From Candidatus Gottesmanbacteria bacterium (GTDB lineage Bacteria > Patescibacteriota > Microgenomatia > UBA10105 > UBA927): a DNA stretch of 64,000 nt. Location of the stretch: assembly GCA_023245335.1 (NCBI GenBank), contig JAHFKK010000001.1, positions 795,505 to 859,504 of the forward strand, read 5' to 3'. The notes under the pieces were generated by a model. It ran no database searches, was not told the DNA's origin, and was given only the letters and a program-made list of their open reading frames with translations. The position numbers and the translations under genes were made by a program. Of the stretch, positions 37,193 through 46,663 are shown one piece after another (within the stretch, counting starts at the first letter, position 1; each line of letters opens with the position of its first letter).

Positions 37193-37265
37193 TGCCGAGA
37201 CTAGGAGTTGCACCCAGATAACGTGTTTTTCAGACACGCGCCTTGACTACCTCGGCCATCTCGGC
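37193..37265 (-). tRNA. tRNA-Phe (anticodon GAA), atypical T-loop
   Basis: Acceptor GCCGAGA/TCTCGGC plus ACC, anticodon stem CGTGT/ACACG, loop CTGAAAA. The T-loop TGCAACT deviates from TTCRANY at position 55, so it could be a variant or degenerate copy. Confidence 0.55.
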
Positions 37266-37373
37266 ATGAACAAATACATTGTTAACGAAGTGATTCCCGC
37301 GCAAGCGTACGCCTGCGCCTTGTCCACTCAAGGGATCTATGGAACTACCTCGGCTGTTCAAATTCAAATTGGG

Positions 37374-37446
37374 TGGACGATGAGGGATTCGAACCCCCAA
37401 CCCCTTCGATGTAAACGAAGTGCTCTAGCCGTTGAGCTAATCGTCC
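37374..37446 (-). tRNA. tRNA-Val (anticodon TAC)
   Basis: Acceptor GGACGAT/ATCGTCC plus ACC, D-arm GCTC...GAGC, anticodon stem CTTCG/CGAAG, loop TTTACAT, T-arm GGGGG-TTCGAAT-CCCTC. Confidence 0.8.
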
Positions 37447-37555
37447 GCCACCGTACTCATTTTATCAAATAGAGAGACTAAGCCACAAGGCGCATCATTT
37501 GACAAATCCTTTCAACTCTGTTTGTGTAATAGATGACATCATTTATTTGTAATGT

Positions 37556-38590
37556 ATGAAACATCGAAAAATTAAGCGCGTCCATAAACGGACCATCGCG
37601 CTCCTTTACCATTACGTCCCCAAGACTATTACGGACGAGTACTTCTCCAAAGAACACGCGCTCGTTGACAACCAGACCGATGAAATCGTGCAGTATATGA
37701 AACGGTTATTCGCTCGGCGCGGGTATAACGTGCAAATCATCAAAGTCGAGCCGGACGATCTTTCGGGCCTCAAACAGCTCAAAGCGGATTTCGTATTTAA
37801 CCTGGTGGACAGCAAAAAAATGGAAATGGAAATCGCTCGGATTCTCGGACGCCTTCATATCCCGTACTCCGGTTCGTCTTTTGCCGCGATTCAAACGTCG
37901 AATAACAAATTACGGACAAAAAAGCTTTTTGAAAAACATGCATTGCCGACTCCGAAATACACCATCATCGGGCTACACGACCGCATTACCCGCAGGCTTC
38001 TTCCTGGGAAATTTCCGGTCATCGTCAAACCGGCCTTCGAGCACTGCAGTATCGGCATCACGAGTAAATCTATCGCGACGACGTACGAACAATTCAAAAA
38101 ATTAGTTCAAAGGATGAAGAAAGTTCATCGCCAGGCACTTCTTGCAGAAGAATTCATAAGCGGTAAAGAACTGCAGGTAACGGTCCTCGAGACTCCGACC
38201 AAAACATTTGCCTTGCCGATTGCAGAGATTGCATTCCGCGGGCAGGTGAAGAACAAATGGAATATCTATGGCTTTGATGAAAAGTGGACCAAAAATCTAC
38301 CGGTCTACAGCAGTTGCCACTTCGTCGCGCCCCCGAAACAATTACGGGGAGATGTCGACAGCGGCATAAGAAAGGACAGTATCCGGGCATTCTACGCCTT
38401 GGGCTTACGGGATTATGCAAGGTTTGATCTACGATATAGTACCAAGGAGAGCCGTTGGTATTTCCTGGAAGCCAATGCCAACGCCGGCTTTGATCCAGAT
38501 CCCAGAGACGCCATGACGGCATCCATCCGCGCTCACGGCATGACGCTCGACGACTTCGTTTTGCAGATTGTGCGAAACTCTATACACTGA
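37556..38590 (+). CDS. ATP-grasp enzyme, D-alanine--D-alanine ligase family
   Basis: VIVKPAFEHCSIGITSKS (Ddl-like ATP-grasp core) and EEFISGKELQVTVL motifs. Confidence 0.55.
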   Translation: MKHRKIKRVHKRTIALLYHYVPKTITDEYFSKEHALVDNQTDEIVQYMKRLFARRGYNVQIIKVEPDDLSGLKQLKADFVFNLVDSKKMEMEIARILGRLHIPYSGSSFAAIQTSNNKLRTKKLFEKHALPTPKYTIIGLHDRITRRLLPGKFPVIVKPAFEHCSIGITSKSIATTYEQFKKLVQRMKKVHRQALLAEEFISGKELQVTVLETPTKTFALPIAEIAFRGQVKNKWNIYGFDEKWTKNLPVYSSCHFVAPPKQLRGDVDSGIRKDSIRAFYALGLRDYARFDLRYSTKESRWYFLEANANAGFDPDPRDAMTASIRAHGMTLDDFVLQIVRNSIH

Positions 38591-38603
38591 TATTCTTACC
38601 ATT

Positions 38604-39065
38604 ATGAAATGCATTGTAATCTACGGTACACTCTCGGGTTCCACCATGACTGCGGCGACCGTGCTATCGGAATCACTCAAAAACGCGGGTCACGAGGTCT
38701 CACTCGTGATGGCAGATCCTTCGACGAAGGACCAAATCAAAGATGTACAGTCAGTCGTATTTGCGTCCCCAAGCTGGGAGGATAACGGCGTAGACGGACA
38801 GCCGTTGCCGGAAGTACGGCAGGTTATAGAATCCATGACAGCCGAAAATTTCACCGGCAAAAAGGTAGCCATATGCGGTTTAGGAGATGTCAGTTACCCG
38901 CACTTCTGCGGTGCAGTAGACGTCCTGGAGGGATTACTCAAAGATAGGGGAGTCACACCGATTGTCGAGTCACTCAAAATTGACCGGTACTACTCTTCCG
39001 CAGACAACGAGCAAAAAGTAAAGACCTGGACCGCCGCTCTTGCATCCATTCTCTCACAATCATAA
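38604..39065 (+). CDS. flavodoxin
   Basis: MKCIVIYGTLSGSTMTAATVL (flavodoxin FMN-binding T/SxTGxT signature); about 150 aa. Start taken at the internal Met of the listed ORF. Confidence 0.7.
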   Translation: MKCIVIYGTLSGSTMTAATVLSESLKNAGHEVSLVMADPSTKDQIKDVQSVVFASPSWEDNGVDGQPLPEVRQVIESMTAENFTGKKVAICGLGDVSYPHFCGAVDVLEGLLKDRGVTPIVESLKIDRYYSSADNEQKVKTWTAALASILSQS

Positions 39066-39164
39066 CTTCCAATAAAAAGCAGTTATTTTATTCGTCCAAA
39101 CATTTCGGTGAAACACTTCACATTGCCATTCGTGCCTCATACACGACAAATTTTCTTTAGGTGT

Positions 39165-39446
39165 TTATAGAATACGTGAACCCAGATTTCTCCCCAGGAT
39201 TATCCAATAACTTCGCAGATTAGTATTGATAAATTCACGCGTTCCCTCAGATTCTTGTATAAACTGGAGTATACTCGGCGTGGCAGTAGTTAGGGCTTCT
39301 TGTGGATTTTTAGAACTTTTAAACTCTTGTAAAAGGGGATTATCGCGCCTACCTTCTGGCATGTAATTTGTATATCTTCCTGGACGAAATATGCCTACGA
39401 GAGCAAACCGCCCTTTAATAATCTGAATTCTCTTCTCATATTCCAC
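39165..39446 (-). CDS. hypothetical protein (possible frameshifted tail of the upstream gene)
   Basis: 93-aa ORF overlapping the 3' end of the transglutaminase-like gene in another frame. Confidence 0.2.
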   Translation of the reverse strand: MEYEKRIQIIKGRFALVGIFRPGRYTNYMPEGRRDNPLLQEFKSSKNPQEALTTATPSILQFIQESEGTREFINTNLRSYWIILGRNLGSRIL

Positions 39447-40297
39447 ACGTGAAGCAGCTGATCAAAGTTGTCATCCGGTTTTATCATTAATTCCGCGAGT
39501 CTATCTATTTCAGTCAGTTGTTCTTCGCCGTTTTTATCAAAATTCTTCAACAGTACCATCTCGGGATGGTGATAGTAAGGGATTTCGCTATTCATTAAAC
39601 AATGGAAATCGTAAAACAATTCCCAAGCGACTACCGTAAGACCGGAATACCCTCCACCATTTAAAAAATGGTCCGCATCGATTTTTCCTTTTCTCACATT
39701 TAGCCAGGATTCAGCCGAAAATTCAAATTCGCCTCCGGGAATATCATACAAATCAAACGGGATGTCATCTTCTAAACTGCCATCTACGTCAATTGACACC
39801 CACCGTAACTCCGTCTTATGCCAATATTGAGTAATCCAGTGGTCGTCGCTTTTGCCTTTGTGTGGGCCATTCGGGTTAAAGTACGGAGCGAAACCGGATC
39901 GCACTCTTGCAGGAATTCCTTTCGTTTTCAACAAACTAGCCATAAGAATAGAGGTAAAACGGCACGTTAATACGAGTTTATTTTCTGAGAGCCGATCCGC
40001 AACCAAGCCCCGTCTATCTCTGCGATATAATTCTACGAGCATAGCCGCCGCAGTGACAAAAACGTCGTCTTCTTTTTGCCGATACCACGGGATTTTTGTC
40101 ACATCCCCGTAGCGCAGATCCGTGTTTGAGCCGATATTACCGTTTTCTAACGTCCTCCCGTGTATGAAAGATTTTCTTACCAAAAATCCGATATCTTTTA
40201 CACGATCGGGGAGTGTTAATTTTAGAGAATCTCTATATAAACCGGGGTATGTATATTGGCTAAATTGGAGATAGAACGTAAGGATTTTTCTATCCAT
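39395..40297 (-). CDS. cytoplasmic transglutaminase-like cysteine protease family protein
   Basis: CRFTSILMASLLKTKGIPARVRSGF ... DDHWITQYW ... WVSIDVD, a Cys/His/Asp transglutaminase-core arrangement. Confidence 0.55.
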   Translation of the reverse strand: MDRKILTFYLQFSQYTYPGLYRDSLKLTLPDRVKDIGFLVRKSFIHGRTLENGNIGSNTDLRYGDVTKIPWYRQKEDDVFVTAAAMLVELYRRDRRGLVADRLSENKLVLTCRFTSILMASLLKTKGIPARVRSGFAPYFNPNGPHKGKSDDHWITQYWHKTELRWVSIDVDGSLEDDIPFDLYDIPGGEFEFSAESWLNVRKGKIDADHFLNGGGYSGLTVVAWELFYDFHCLMNSEIPYYHHPEMVLLKNFDKNGEEQLTEIDRLAELMIKPDDNFDQLLHVWNMRREFRLLKGGLLS

Positions 40298-40368
40298 GGC
40301 TGAAGTATATCAGATCTATTTACTCGTCATAAATAATAGATTGTCCGTATAGTCCAAATACAAACTTG

Positions 40369-40450
40369 TGCGGGCGAGAGGACTTGAACCTCTAAGCCTT
40401 ACGGCACAGCCTCCTCAAGACTGCGCGTCTACCAGTTTCGCCACGCCCGC
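40369..40450 (-). tRNA. tRNA-Leu (anticodon GAG)
   Basis: Type-II tRNA: acceptor GCGGGCG/CGCCCGC, D-arm TGGCGAAACTGGTAGACGC, anticodon stem CAGTC/GGCTG, loop TTGAGGA, long variable arm, T-arm GAGG-TTCAAGT-CCTC. Confidence 0.8.
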
Positions 40451-40479
40451 ATTTCAGAATCATCATTATATCAGTTTTG

Positions 40480-40563
40480 TGCCCAGAAGAGGACTCGAAC
40501 CTCCAAGGGATTACTCCCATACGCTCCTGAAGCGTACGCGTCTACCAATTCCGCCATCCGGGC
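40480..40563 (-). tRNA. tRNA-Leu (anticodon CAG)
   Basis: Acceptor GCCCGGA/TCTGGGC, D-arm TGGCGGAATTGGTAGACGC, anticodon stem TACGC/GCGTA, loop TTCAGGA, long variable arm. Confidence 0.8.
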
Positions 40564-40618
40564 TACAAATCAAATTATATCATAGCGGTTTACTCTCCTG
40601 GGAGATACAATTGATCGT

Positions 40619-41605
40619 ATGGACGACCCACTCAATGCATTACCGACGGACTTTATCCGCAGACTGCCGCAATTGGTTCCTGCCTCTCGGTTAACGGAAG
40701 TTGCGCTTGGCCTCACTACGGAGCGTGTAACGACACTTCGAGCTAATACGCTGAAAACAGATGCGACGGCACTTAGAAACGCCCTCACTAAAGGTAAAGT
40801 CACGCTACTTCCTGTCGATTGGTATGTTCAAGCGTTTATAGTAGACGGCACGCCGCTTCGTACGATCACGGAACTTCAGGAATATAAGGAAGGCAAACTG
40901 TATGTCCAGAGCTTGTCCAGCATGGTTCCTCCTCTTGTCCTTGACCCTCAGCCGGGAGAAAGGGTCCTCGATATCGCGGCGGCTCCGGGGAGTAAAACTA
41001 CACAAATGGCCGCCATGATGGCAAATACCGGGGAACTTGTCGCAAATGACACGAGCCAAACTCGTCTATACCGTCTCATCGCAAATCTCAAGCTTCAGGG
41101 TGTCACAAATGCGAAGGTTGTCAAAATGGACGGAAGAAGTCTCTGGAAATCGTATCCTGAATATTTCGACAAAGTCCTTGTGGATGTGCCGTGCAGCATG
41201 GAAGGGAGATTTCAGGCCTCAGATCCTAAATCATTTGAAGACTGGTCACTCAAAAAGGTTCGCGACCTATCACTTTTGCAGCGGTGGCTTCTTCGATCAG
41301 CGATAAGTGCTACCAAGCCCGGAGGCACAATCGTCTATTCAACGTGCACGATGTCTCCGGAAGAAAACGAACAAGTCATCGACTGGGTCATGGACAAAGA
41401 TAAAGGCGTCTTGAAAATTGAAGAGATTCACATTCCACACTTCTCTTTCGAGCACGGTATGGTTGATTGGGGAGGAAAGCACTTCAATGGCCAAATCGAA
41501 AATACCGCCAGAATTTACCCTTCGCCCACCATGGAAGGATTCTATGTCGCCCGGTTTAAAAAGCTTAAAACATCAATTCCGAAGGTACTTTCAGGCATGT
41601 CTTGA
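40619..41605 (+). CDS. 16S rRNA m5C methyltransferase, RsmB/RsmF (NOL1/NOP2/Sun) family
   Basis: SAM-binding VLDIAAAPGSKTTQMA and catalytic DVPCSMEG / TCT motifs; no NusB-like N-domain. Confidence 0.75.
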   Translation: MDDPLNALPTDFIRRLPQLVPASRLTEVALGLTTERVTTLRANTLKTDATALRNALTKGKVTLLPVDWYVQAFIVDGTPLRTITELQEYKEGKLYVQSLSSMVPPLVLDPQPGERVLDIAAAPGSKTTQMAAMMANTGELVANDTSQTRLYRLIANLKLQGVTNAKVVKMDGRSLWKSYPEYFDKVLVDVPCSMEGRFQASDPKSFEDWSLKKVRDLSLLQRWLLRSAISATKPGGTIVYSTCTMSPEENEQVIDWVMDKDKGVLKIEEIHIPHFSFEHGMVDWGGKHFNGQIENTARIYPSPTMEGFYVARFKKLKTSIPKVLSGMS

Positions 41606-41623
41606 GGTATAATAAGGGGTAGC

Positions 41624-41709
41624 GCCGCGGTGGTGGAATTGGCAGACACGCGGGCCTTAAGAGCCCGTGTCCCTTAAAAGACGTGTGAGTTCGACCCTCA
41701 CCCGCGGCA
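41624..41709 (+). tRNA. tRNA-Leu (anticodon TAA)
   Basis: Acceptor GCCGCGG/CCGCGGC plus A, CCA encoded; D-arm TGGTGGAATTGGCAGACACGC, anticodon stem CGGGC/GCCCG, loop CTTAAGA, long variable arm. GGTATAAT promoter 7 nt upstream. Confidence 0.85.
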
Positions 41710-41744
41710 CCAAACGACAGCATAAACCGTCAATCATATACCAA

Positions 41745-42410
41745 ATGGACCTCAAAAAATCACTTCATGGCGGCTTCACCTATTACCTTAGCGATCCTCA
41801 TCCGTCCGCACTGATTATTTCCGGCATGCACGGTGACGAATTTGAATCAGGTAAACTATTGGAGGAGCTATTCACCGCCCGCGTTTTTCCTCTCCCCTCA
41901 TACCTCTTCATTCCCCAAATCAGCCCGAGTGCGGTTTCCTCTCACACACGGCTAAACGGACAGCAGCACGACATCAACCGCCAGTTTCGTAAAGACACGG
42001 ATGACGAAGAAGCCAAAGCGGTCATGGAACTGCTCGCTCCCTTTCGTTTTCGGAGCGTCGTCGACGTCCATGAAGACCCAGATCGGACGAATGAGCTCTA
42101 CCTCTATGACACCAAGCAAATGACTCATGTAGAACGCGCGGCCTACGAAGATTCCGCACGACAAACCGGTGTCGGTCTCTACACGGGTATCGACGACGAG
42201 AACGACCCGACGCTGCAAAGCTATATAAAAGACGGATACTTGTTGTTTGATCCCGAACGAGTTTCCGCAGACTCCGGATTCTTAAGTATCTGGATGGCAC
42301 GCCTCGGTATCGCGAAACGCGTATTCACTCTTGAGATACCGGGTAAGGCACCCAAAAACCTCAAACGAATGATCCTCACGTTATTACTTCCGTATCTTTC
42401 TACTCTATAA
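41745..42410 (+). CDS. M14-like zinc carboxypeptidase / succinylglutamate desuccinylase-aspartoacylase family protein
   Basis: ISGMHGDEFES (GxHGxE zinc-binding motif) near the N-terminus. The listed ORF start overlaps the tRNA, so the internal Met at 41745 is used. Confidence 0.45.
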   Translation: MDLKKSLHGGFTYYLSDPHPSALIISGMHGDEFESGKLLEELFTARVFPLPSYLFIPQISPSAVSSHTRLNGQQHDINRQFRKDTDDEEAKAVMELLAPFRFRSVVDVHEDPDRTNELYLYDTKQMTHVERAAYEDSARQTGVGLYTGIDDENDPTLQSYIKDGYLLFDPERVSADSGFLSIWMARLGIAKRVFTLEIPGKAPKNLKRMILTLLLPYLSTL

Positions 42411-42422
42411 ATTTTTACCTGT

Positions 42423-42776
42423 GTGTTACACTACATATCAATGAAATATCAGTCCGCAACAAATTTCTTTGAACAGGTATATACGCTCGTCCGTACTGTT
42501 CCGGCGGGGAAAATCACGACCTATGGCGCGCTCGCAAAGGCACTTGGCACTCCGGACGCAAGACGCGTAGGTCACGCGCTCCATAGTAACCCTGACAGCG
42601 ACAAAACGCCGTGCCACCGGGTTGTCTTTACCGACGGCAGGCTTGCACCGGGTTATGCGTTCGGCGGGCCCAATGAACAGATGCGGCGACTGCAGTTTGA
42701 AGGCGTTACATTCCTTACGGACGGCCGCGTAGATCTTTCCAAACATCTCTATATCCCAAAACGGCTCGGTGAATAA
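42423..42776 (+). CDS. ogt: methylated-DNA--protein-cysteine methyltransferase
   Basis: DNA-binding HTH (ITTYGALAKALG) and active-site PCHRVV motif. Confidence 0.75.
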   Translation: MLHYISMKYQSATNFFEQVYTLVRTVPAGKITTYGALAKALGTPDARRVGHALHSNPDSDKTPCHRVVFTDGRLAPGYAFGGPNEQMRRLQFEGVTFLTDGRVDLSKHLYIPKRLGE

Positions 42777-42791
42777 TTTATCCTGCACTAT

Positions 42792-43337
42792 ATGAAGATT
42801 ACGCTTATCATGGTATCTTCGCTCGACGGCAAAACGACGCGCGGGGACTCTCCTGACGTTCGATCTTGGACATCTCCCGAAGATCACAAACACTTTATCA
42901 ACACCCGGGACAAGAGTTCCCTTATTATCATGGGGCGTAAAACGTACGAGGCGGGACAAAAGCACCTCAAGCTTTCTCCGAACATCTTACGCGTTGTACT
43001 CACCAGGTCGCCGGATGAATTCGCAGACAGAAAAGTCTCCGGCCAACTGGAATTTACGTCAGAGAAGCCGACACAGCTCATTCATAGCTTAGAACGTAGA
43101 GGCTACGCGGCAGCGCTTTTGACCGGCGGGAGTCATGTGAACACGATATTTCTCAAAGCGCACCTCATACAGGAAATTCTCCTGACGGTAGAGCCCCGCA
43201 TATTGGGCACCGGGAATCCTATATTTGGTGAAAATGACTTAGACATGCGGCTTACACTTATGGAAAGCCAGACCTTGAATACGAATGGAACCATCTTACT
43301 TCATTACAAAGTACAGTATGAACCTACAACCAATTAA
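42792..43337 (+). CDS. dihydrofolate-reductase-like protein (RibD C-terminal domain family)
   Basis: ITLIMVSSLDGKTT...LIIMGRKTYE...LLTGGSHVNTIF pattern of the bacterial bifunctional deaminase-reductase C-terminal domain (DHFR-like) family. Confidence 0.65.
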   Translation: MKITLIMVSSLDGKTTRGDSPDVRSWTSPEDHKHFINTRDKSSLIIMGRKTYEAGQKHLKLSPNILRVVLTRSPDEFADRKVSGQLEFTSEKPTQLIHSLERRGYAAALLTGGSHVNTIFLKAHLIQEILLTVEPRILGTGNPIFGENDLDMRLTLMESQTLNTNGTILLHYKVQYEPTTN

Positions 43338-44064
43338 GACTGCGAAAATTGTCGCGAACCAAACCTCACTCATAAAAATTTTGGACACGGCGGTAGAAAC
43401 ACTTTCTGAAGGATCGATTCTGGTCATCACCTCAAAAATTGTCTCGCTCTGTGAAGGCCGGGTCGTCAAAATTGGTACCAAAGATAAGCAAGAACTCATT
43501 CAATCCGAATCGCAATTTTTCATCCCCCCCGAAAAAAGCAGCTACGAATTCTCGCTTACCATTACCCGCAACACACTTATCCCTACCGCGGGCATCGACG
43601 AGTCAAATGGTGACCGGTACTATGTTCTGTGGCCGAGCGATCCGTTCGCTACTTCGCGCACCGTACGGACGTATCTTACAAAACGATTTTCATTGACCGA
43701 CGTTGGTGTCCTCATTACCGACAGTAAAACAACACCGCTTCGATGGGGGACCAGCGGTATTGCCTTAGGGCACGCCGGCTTTGTGGCGCTCAATAACTAT
43801 ATCGGTACACCGGATCTCTTTGGGCGTTACTTGAAAGTAACGAAAGCCAATGTCGCAGACGGTCTTGCCGCAGCCGCAGTCGTCACCATGGGCGAAGGAA
43901 ACGAACAGACGCCGCTTGCAGTCATTTCGGACATACCGTTTGTTCATTTCCAATCAGGGAGTCCCACTGCCGAAGAAATTAAGGATTTAGTAATTGACCC
44001 GACTGAAGATTTATATGGACCGATTATCCAAAGTCCGCTATGGGTAAAGGGGAAGGGCAAATAA
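43318..44064 (+). CDS. CofE-like gamma-glutamyl ligase family protein
   Basis: ITSKIVSLCEGRVV and GIDESNG motifs shared with the F420-0:gamma-glutamyl ligase (CofE) family; adjacent to the DHFR-like gene. Confidence 0.55.
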   Translation: MNLQPIKTAKIVANQTSLIKILDTAVETLSEGSILVITSKIVSLCEGRVVKIGTKDKQELIQSESQFFIPPEKSSYEFSLTITRNTLIPTAGIDESNGDRYYVLWPSDPFATSRTVRTYLTKRFSLTDVGVLITDSKTTPLRWGTSGIALGHAGFVALNNYIGTPDLFGRYLKVTKANVADGLAAAAVVTMGEGNEQTPLAVISDIPFVHFQSGSPTAEEIKDLVIDPTEDLYGPIIQSPLWVKGKGK

Positions 44065-44088
44065 TTTCCTAATTCTATCTGACTATGC

Positions 44089-44958
44089 TTACGCGGACAT
44101 CTTTATTAGAAACCTTGTTATCACCCCAATCATTTTAGAAAAATGATAATAATACGCAAGGTGGCCAGTATTGTGAAAGGTATAGACCTCGGCTTGCGGG
44201 TATACCCGCTTAAAATCACCTTCATCTTGCACCAATGGGTCATCGTCGGATCTGAGAATTAATATTCTTCCCTTCCAGTCTGTAAAATCTTCAGGATCTA
44301 GTGTCTCTGAGATAAATTCCTTGTGCAAGTTAATCCATGTTTTAAGAAGTCTTTTTGTTAGATAGTATTCTCTAAATTCCATATCGAATGCTTCGGTAAG
44401 TTCTTTCACATCATTATTTCTCCCCGTTTTAAACACTGGAGTATTTCTAGATACACCCTGTATCCTGCCGGCAAAATTACTCGCAAAAAATTTGATGAAC
44501 GCGGATGGAACAATAAATAGAAATACATTTAACAGTAATAATGGCTGTACCACGCGCTTCCTATATGTACTTGATTTCGGTGTACAGCACTGAGAAAGAA
44601 TTAAGCTCGTTACTTTATCTCTATTTCGTTTCAAATAGGATTGCGCCATTAATCCGCCAATGGAAAGCCCATATAGAATAACTTTACTGACGCTTTCTCT
44701 CTCAAGAATTGTGTTGATTGCAAAACAAAATTCACTTATACCATCAGCGCTATAAATTGTCGGAACAATGACCGTATATTTACTCTCAAGCGCCTGAATT
44801 AATCTAAAATTTGCTTGAGCCGACTGCCCACCACCGGGAAATATAAGAATAGTTTTTTTTCCTTGACCGGAAACAATGTATTCCCATTCTGTGTTGTTAA
44901 TCGTTATTCTTCGGATTGGGTGTTTGGAGTAGAATTCCTCCAATAATTTAATACGCAT
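44089..44958 (-). CDS. alpha/beta-fold hydrolase
   Basis: GLSIGG nucleophile elbow (GxSxG), LIFPGGG oxyanion region, C-terminal HNTGH. Confidence 0.65.
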   Translation of the reverse strand: MRIKLLEEFYSKHPIRRITINNTEWEYIVSGQGKKTILIFPGGGQSAQANFRLIQALESKYTVIVPTIYSADGISEFCFAINTILERESVSKVILYGLSIGGLMAQSYLKRNRDKVTSLILSQCCTPKSSTYRKRVVQPLLLLNVFLFIVPSAFIKFFASNFAGRIQGVSRNTPVFKTGRNNDVKELTEAFDMEFREYYLTKRLLKTWINLHKEFISETLDPEDFTDWKGRILILRSDDDPLVQDEGDFKRVYPQAEVYTFHNTGHLAYYYHFSKMIGVITRFLIKMSA

Positions 44959-45004
44959 GAAGCAATTATATAAAGGCTATTGACGCGATTTGATATAGTA
45001 TTTG

Positions 45005-45078
45005 TCGGGGTGGAGAGACTCGAACTCTCAACCTCATCGTCCCAAACGATGCGCGCTAGCCAATTGCGCCACACCCCG
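45005..45078 (-). tRNA. tRNA-Pro (anticodon TGG)
   Basis: Acceptor CGGGGTG/CACCCCG, anticodon stem CATCG/CGATG, loop TTTGGGA, T-arm GAGAG-TTCGAGT-CTCTC. Confidence 0.8.
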
Positions 45079-45187
45079 CTATTTCTGGGACGGAAACTAC
45101 GTTTCCTTCCCAACGATCCTTCCTATATTGTATCGCGACCTATTCATACGCCGCAGTCACGGTCGCGATAAATTTGTTATAATTATT
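45079..45187 (-). ncRNA. conserved two-hairpin tRNA leader element, copy C (upstream of tRNA-Pro)
   Basis: TA-rich -10-like box, hairpin ATCGCGACC-(20 nt loop ending GAATA)-GGTCGCGAT, then the invariant core GGAAGGATCGTTGGGAAGGAAACGTAGTTTCCGTCCCA(A)GA abutting the tRNA 5' end; same architecture as copies A and B. Confidence 0.55.
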
Positions 45188-45246
45188 TTCCTACGTCTGA
45201 GCAGTGCTCTCACGTGTATTTTAACAGAATACGATACAATAAGGCT

Positions 45247-46179
45247 ATGACAGCTCTAACGCTCGCAGTTCTCGCATACAAAGCCAAAGTAGATGCACAT
45301 CTGACTTCTTCCGTCCTCTCTCTACGCAAAGAATGGAACGCACATCCGTGGACCGAAGATGCTCTTACCAGGATTTCGAAATTCGCGGTCGCCGGAAAGA
45401 CTGTCCGAGGGAGTCTTGTCGTTTACACATATAATCTTTTTCGAAAAGAAACACCGGACGTTGTATGGGACGTCGCCTCAGCTATGGAATTATTTCAATC
45501 CGGACTCCTCATCCACGATGACATTATGGACCGGGACACCATCCGACGCAGTATGCCCACACTTCATTCTCAATATGAACAATTTGCGGCATCACAAAAG
45601 GGAAGCGACGTCTCTCATTTTGGCGAAAGCCAGGCCATAAACCTCGCCGACCTTTGCTATTTTATAGGTTTCAGGCTGCTAAGTAGTGCCGGCCCGGCTG
45701 TGACCCATATGGTAACTACGGAACTTTCCGTTGTCGCACTCGCACAGATGCAGGATGTCGCAGGCGGTCACCTGACCAAGACCTACGAGAAGAACGACGT
45801 TATCGATCTCTACCGACATAAAACCGCGCGATACACATTTTCTATGCCCATGATGGCCGGCGCAATTATGGCCGGTACGGATACTCGGGTACAATCCTCA
45901 TTTGAACGGCTTGGTGAATCGTTGGGGCTATTGTTTCAAATCCGCGACGACGAATTAAACGCGACAGGCGATACGGACGTGACCGGCAAGTCTGCCGGTT
46001 CCGATGCTACCAACCACAAACAAACACTCTCCAGCGTCCTTGCCGCTTCTGAACTTGAGAAGTTTCGTCGGCAACTGCGTATCGATGCGCAATCTATCAT
46101 ACGTACGCTCCCTATAAGCGACGACCATATACGGGAGCTGACGGCACTCTTGAAATTCTGCGAGGAACGAACCCACTAA
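45247..46179 (+). CDS. polyprenyl diphosphate synthase (trans-isoprenyl diphosphate synthase family)
   Basis: First and second Asp-rich motifs LIHDDIMDRD and FQIRDDELN. Confidence 0.8.
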   Translation: MTALTLAVLAYKAKVDAHLTSSVLSLRKEWNAHPWTEDALTRISKFAVAGKTVRGSLVVYTYNLFRKETPDVVWDVASAMELFQSGLLIHDDIMDRDTIRRSMPTLHSQYEQFAASQKGSDVSHFGESQAINLADLCYFIGFRLLSSAGPAVTHMVTTELSVVALAQMQDVAGGHLTKTYEKNDVIDLYRHKTARYTFSMPMMAGAIMAGTDTRVQSSFERLGESLGLLFQIRDDELNATGDTDVTGKSAGSDATNHKQTLSSVLAASELEKFRRQLRIDAQSIIRTLPISDDHIRELTALLKFCEERTH

Positions 46180-46180
46180 C

Positions 46181-46621
46181 ATGAATAGAACCATTCTTAT
46201 TATCGGCATCATTATTCTCCTCATTCTCGGTTTCTACTACCGCTCTCACCCCCTCAGCTCGAAAGTAAAAATACACGATACGGTATTTACCGTAGAAACC
46301 GCAGTCACCGAGCCTCAAAAACAATTGGGATTAGGCGGCAGAACCAATCTAGAAACTAACCATGGGATGCTGTTTATCTACGATCACAAAGAACAATACA
46401 ATTTTTGGATGAAGGATATGCATTTCCCACTCGACTTTATCTGGATAAACGGCAAGACAGTCGCTGACATAACCAAAAACGTTCCGCCACCAACGGGGGA
46501 TGGGCAACCCGCGATCGTCGTACCCAAAGAGCAGGTGGATAAAGTGTTAGAAATTAATGCAGGAACGATCCAAGCGCTTCATATCCAACCTGGCGACGAG
46601 GTGGAATTTCTTGATCGGTAA
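46181..46621 (+). CDS. DUF192 domain protein
   Basis: N-terminal TM anchor followed by the pattern LGLGGR...GMLFIY...NFWMKDMHFPLDFIWIN, typical of the DUF192/COG1430 family. Confidence 0.6.
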   Translation: MNRTILIIGIIILLILGFYYRSHPLSSKVKIHDTVFTVETAVTEPQKQLGLGGRTNLETNHGMLFIYDHKEQYNFWMKDMHFPLDFIWINGKTVADITKNVPPPTGDGQPAIVVPKEQVDKVLEINAGTIQALHIQPGDEVEFLDR

Positions 46622-46663
46622 ACAGTTTATTCTCACGCACAAACACGATATAATTGGTTTCAC

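Noticed and set aside
37266-37472. 68-aa plus-strand ORF
   Set aside because: It overlaps tRNA-Phe and tRNA-Val on the minus strand and has no RBS or recognisable motif; most likely spurious.
41667-41744. N-terminal extension of the 41667..42410 ORF
   Set aside because: The extension overlaps tRNA-Leu(TAA) including its CCA; the in-frame Met at 41745 gives a sensible start for the M14-like protein.
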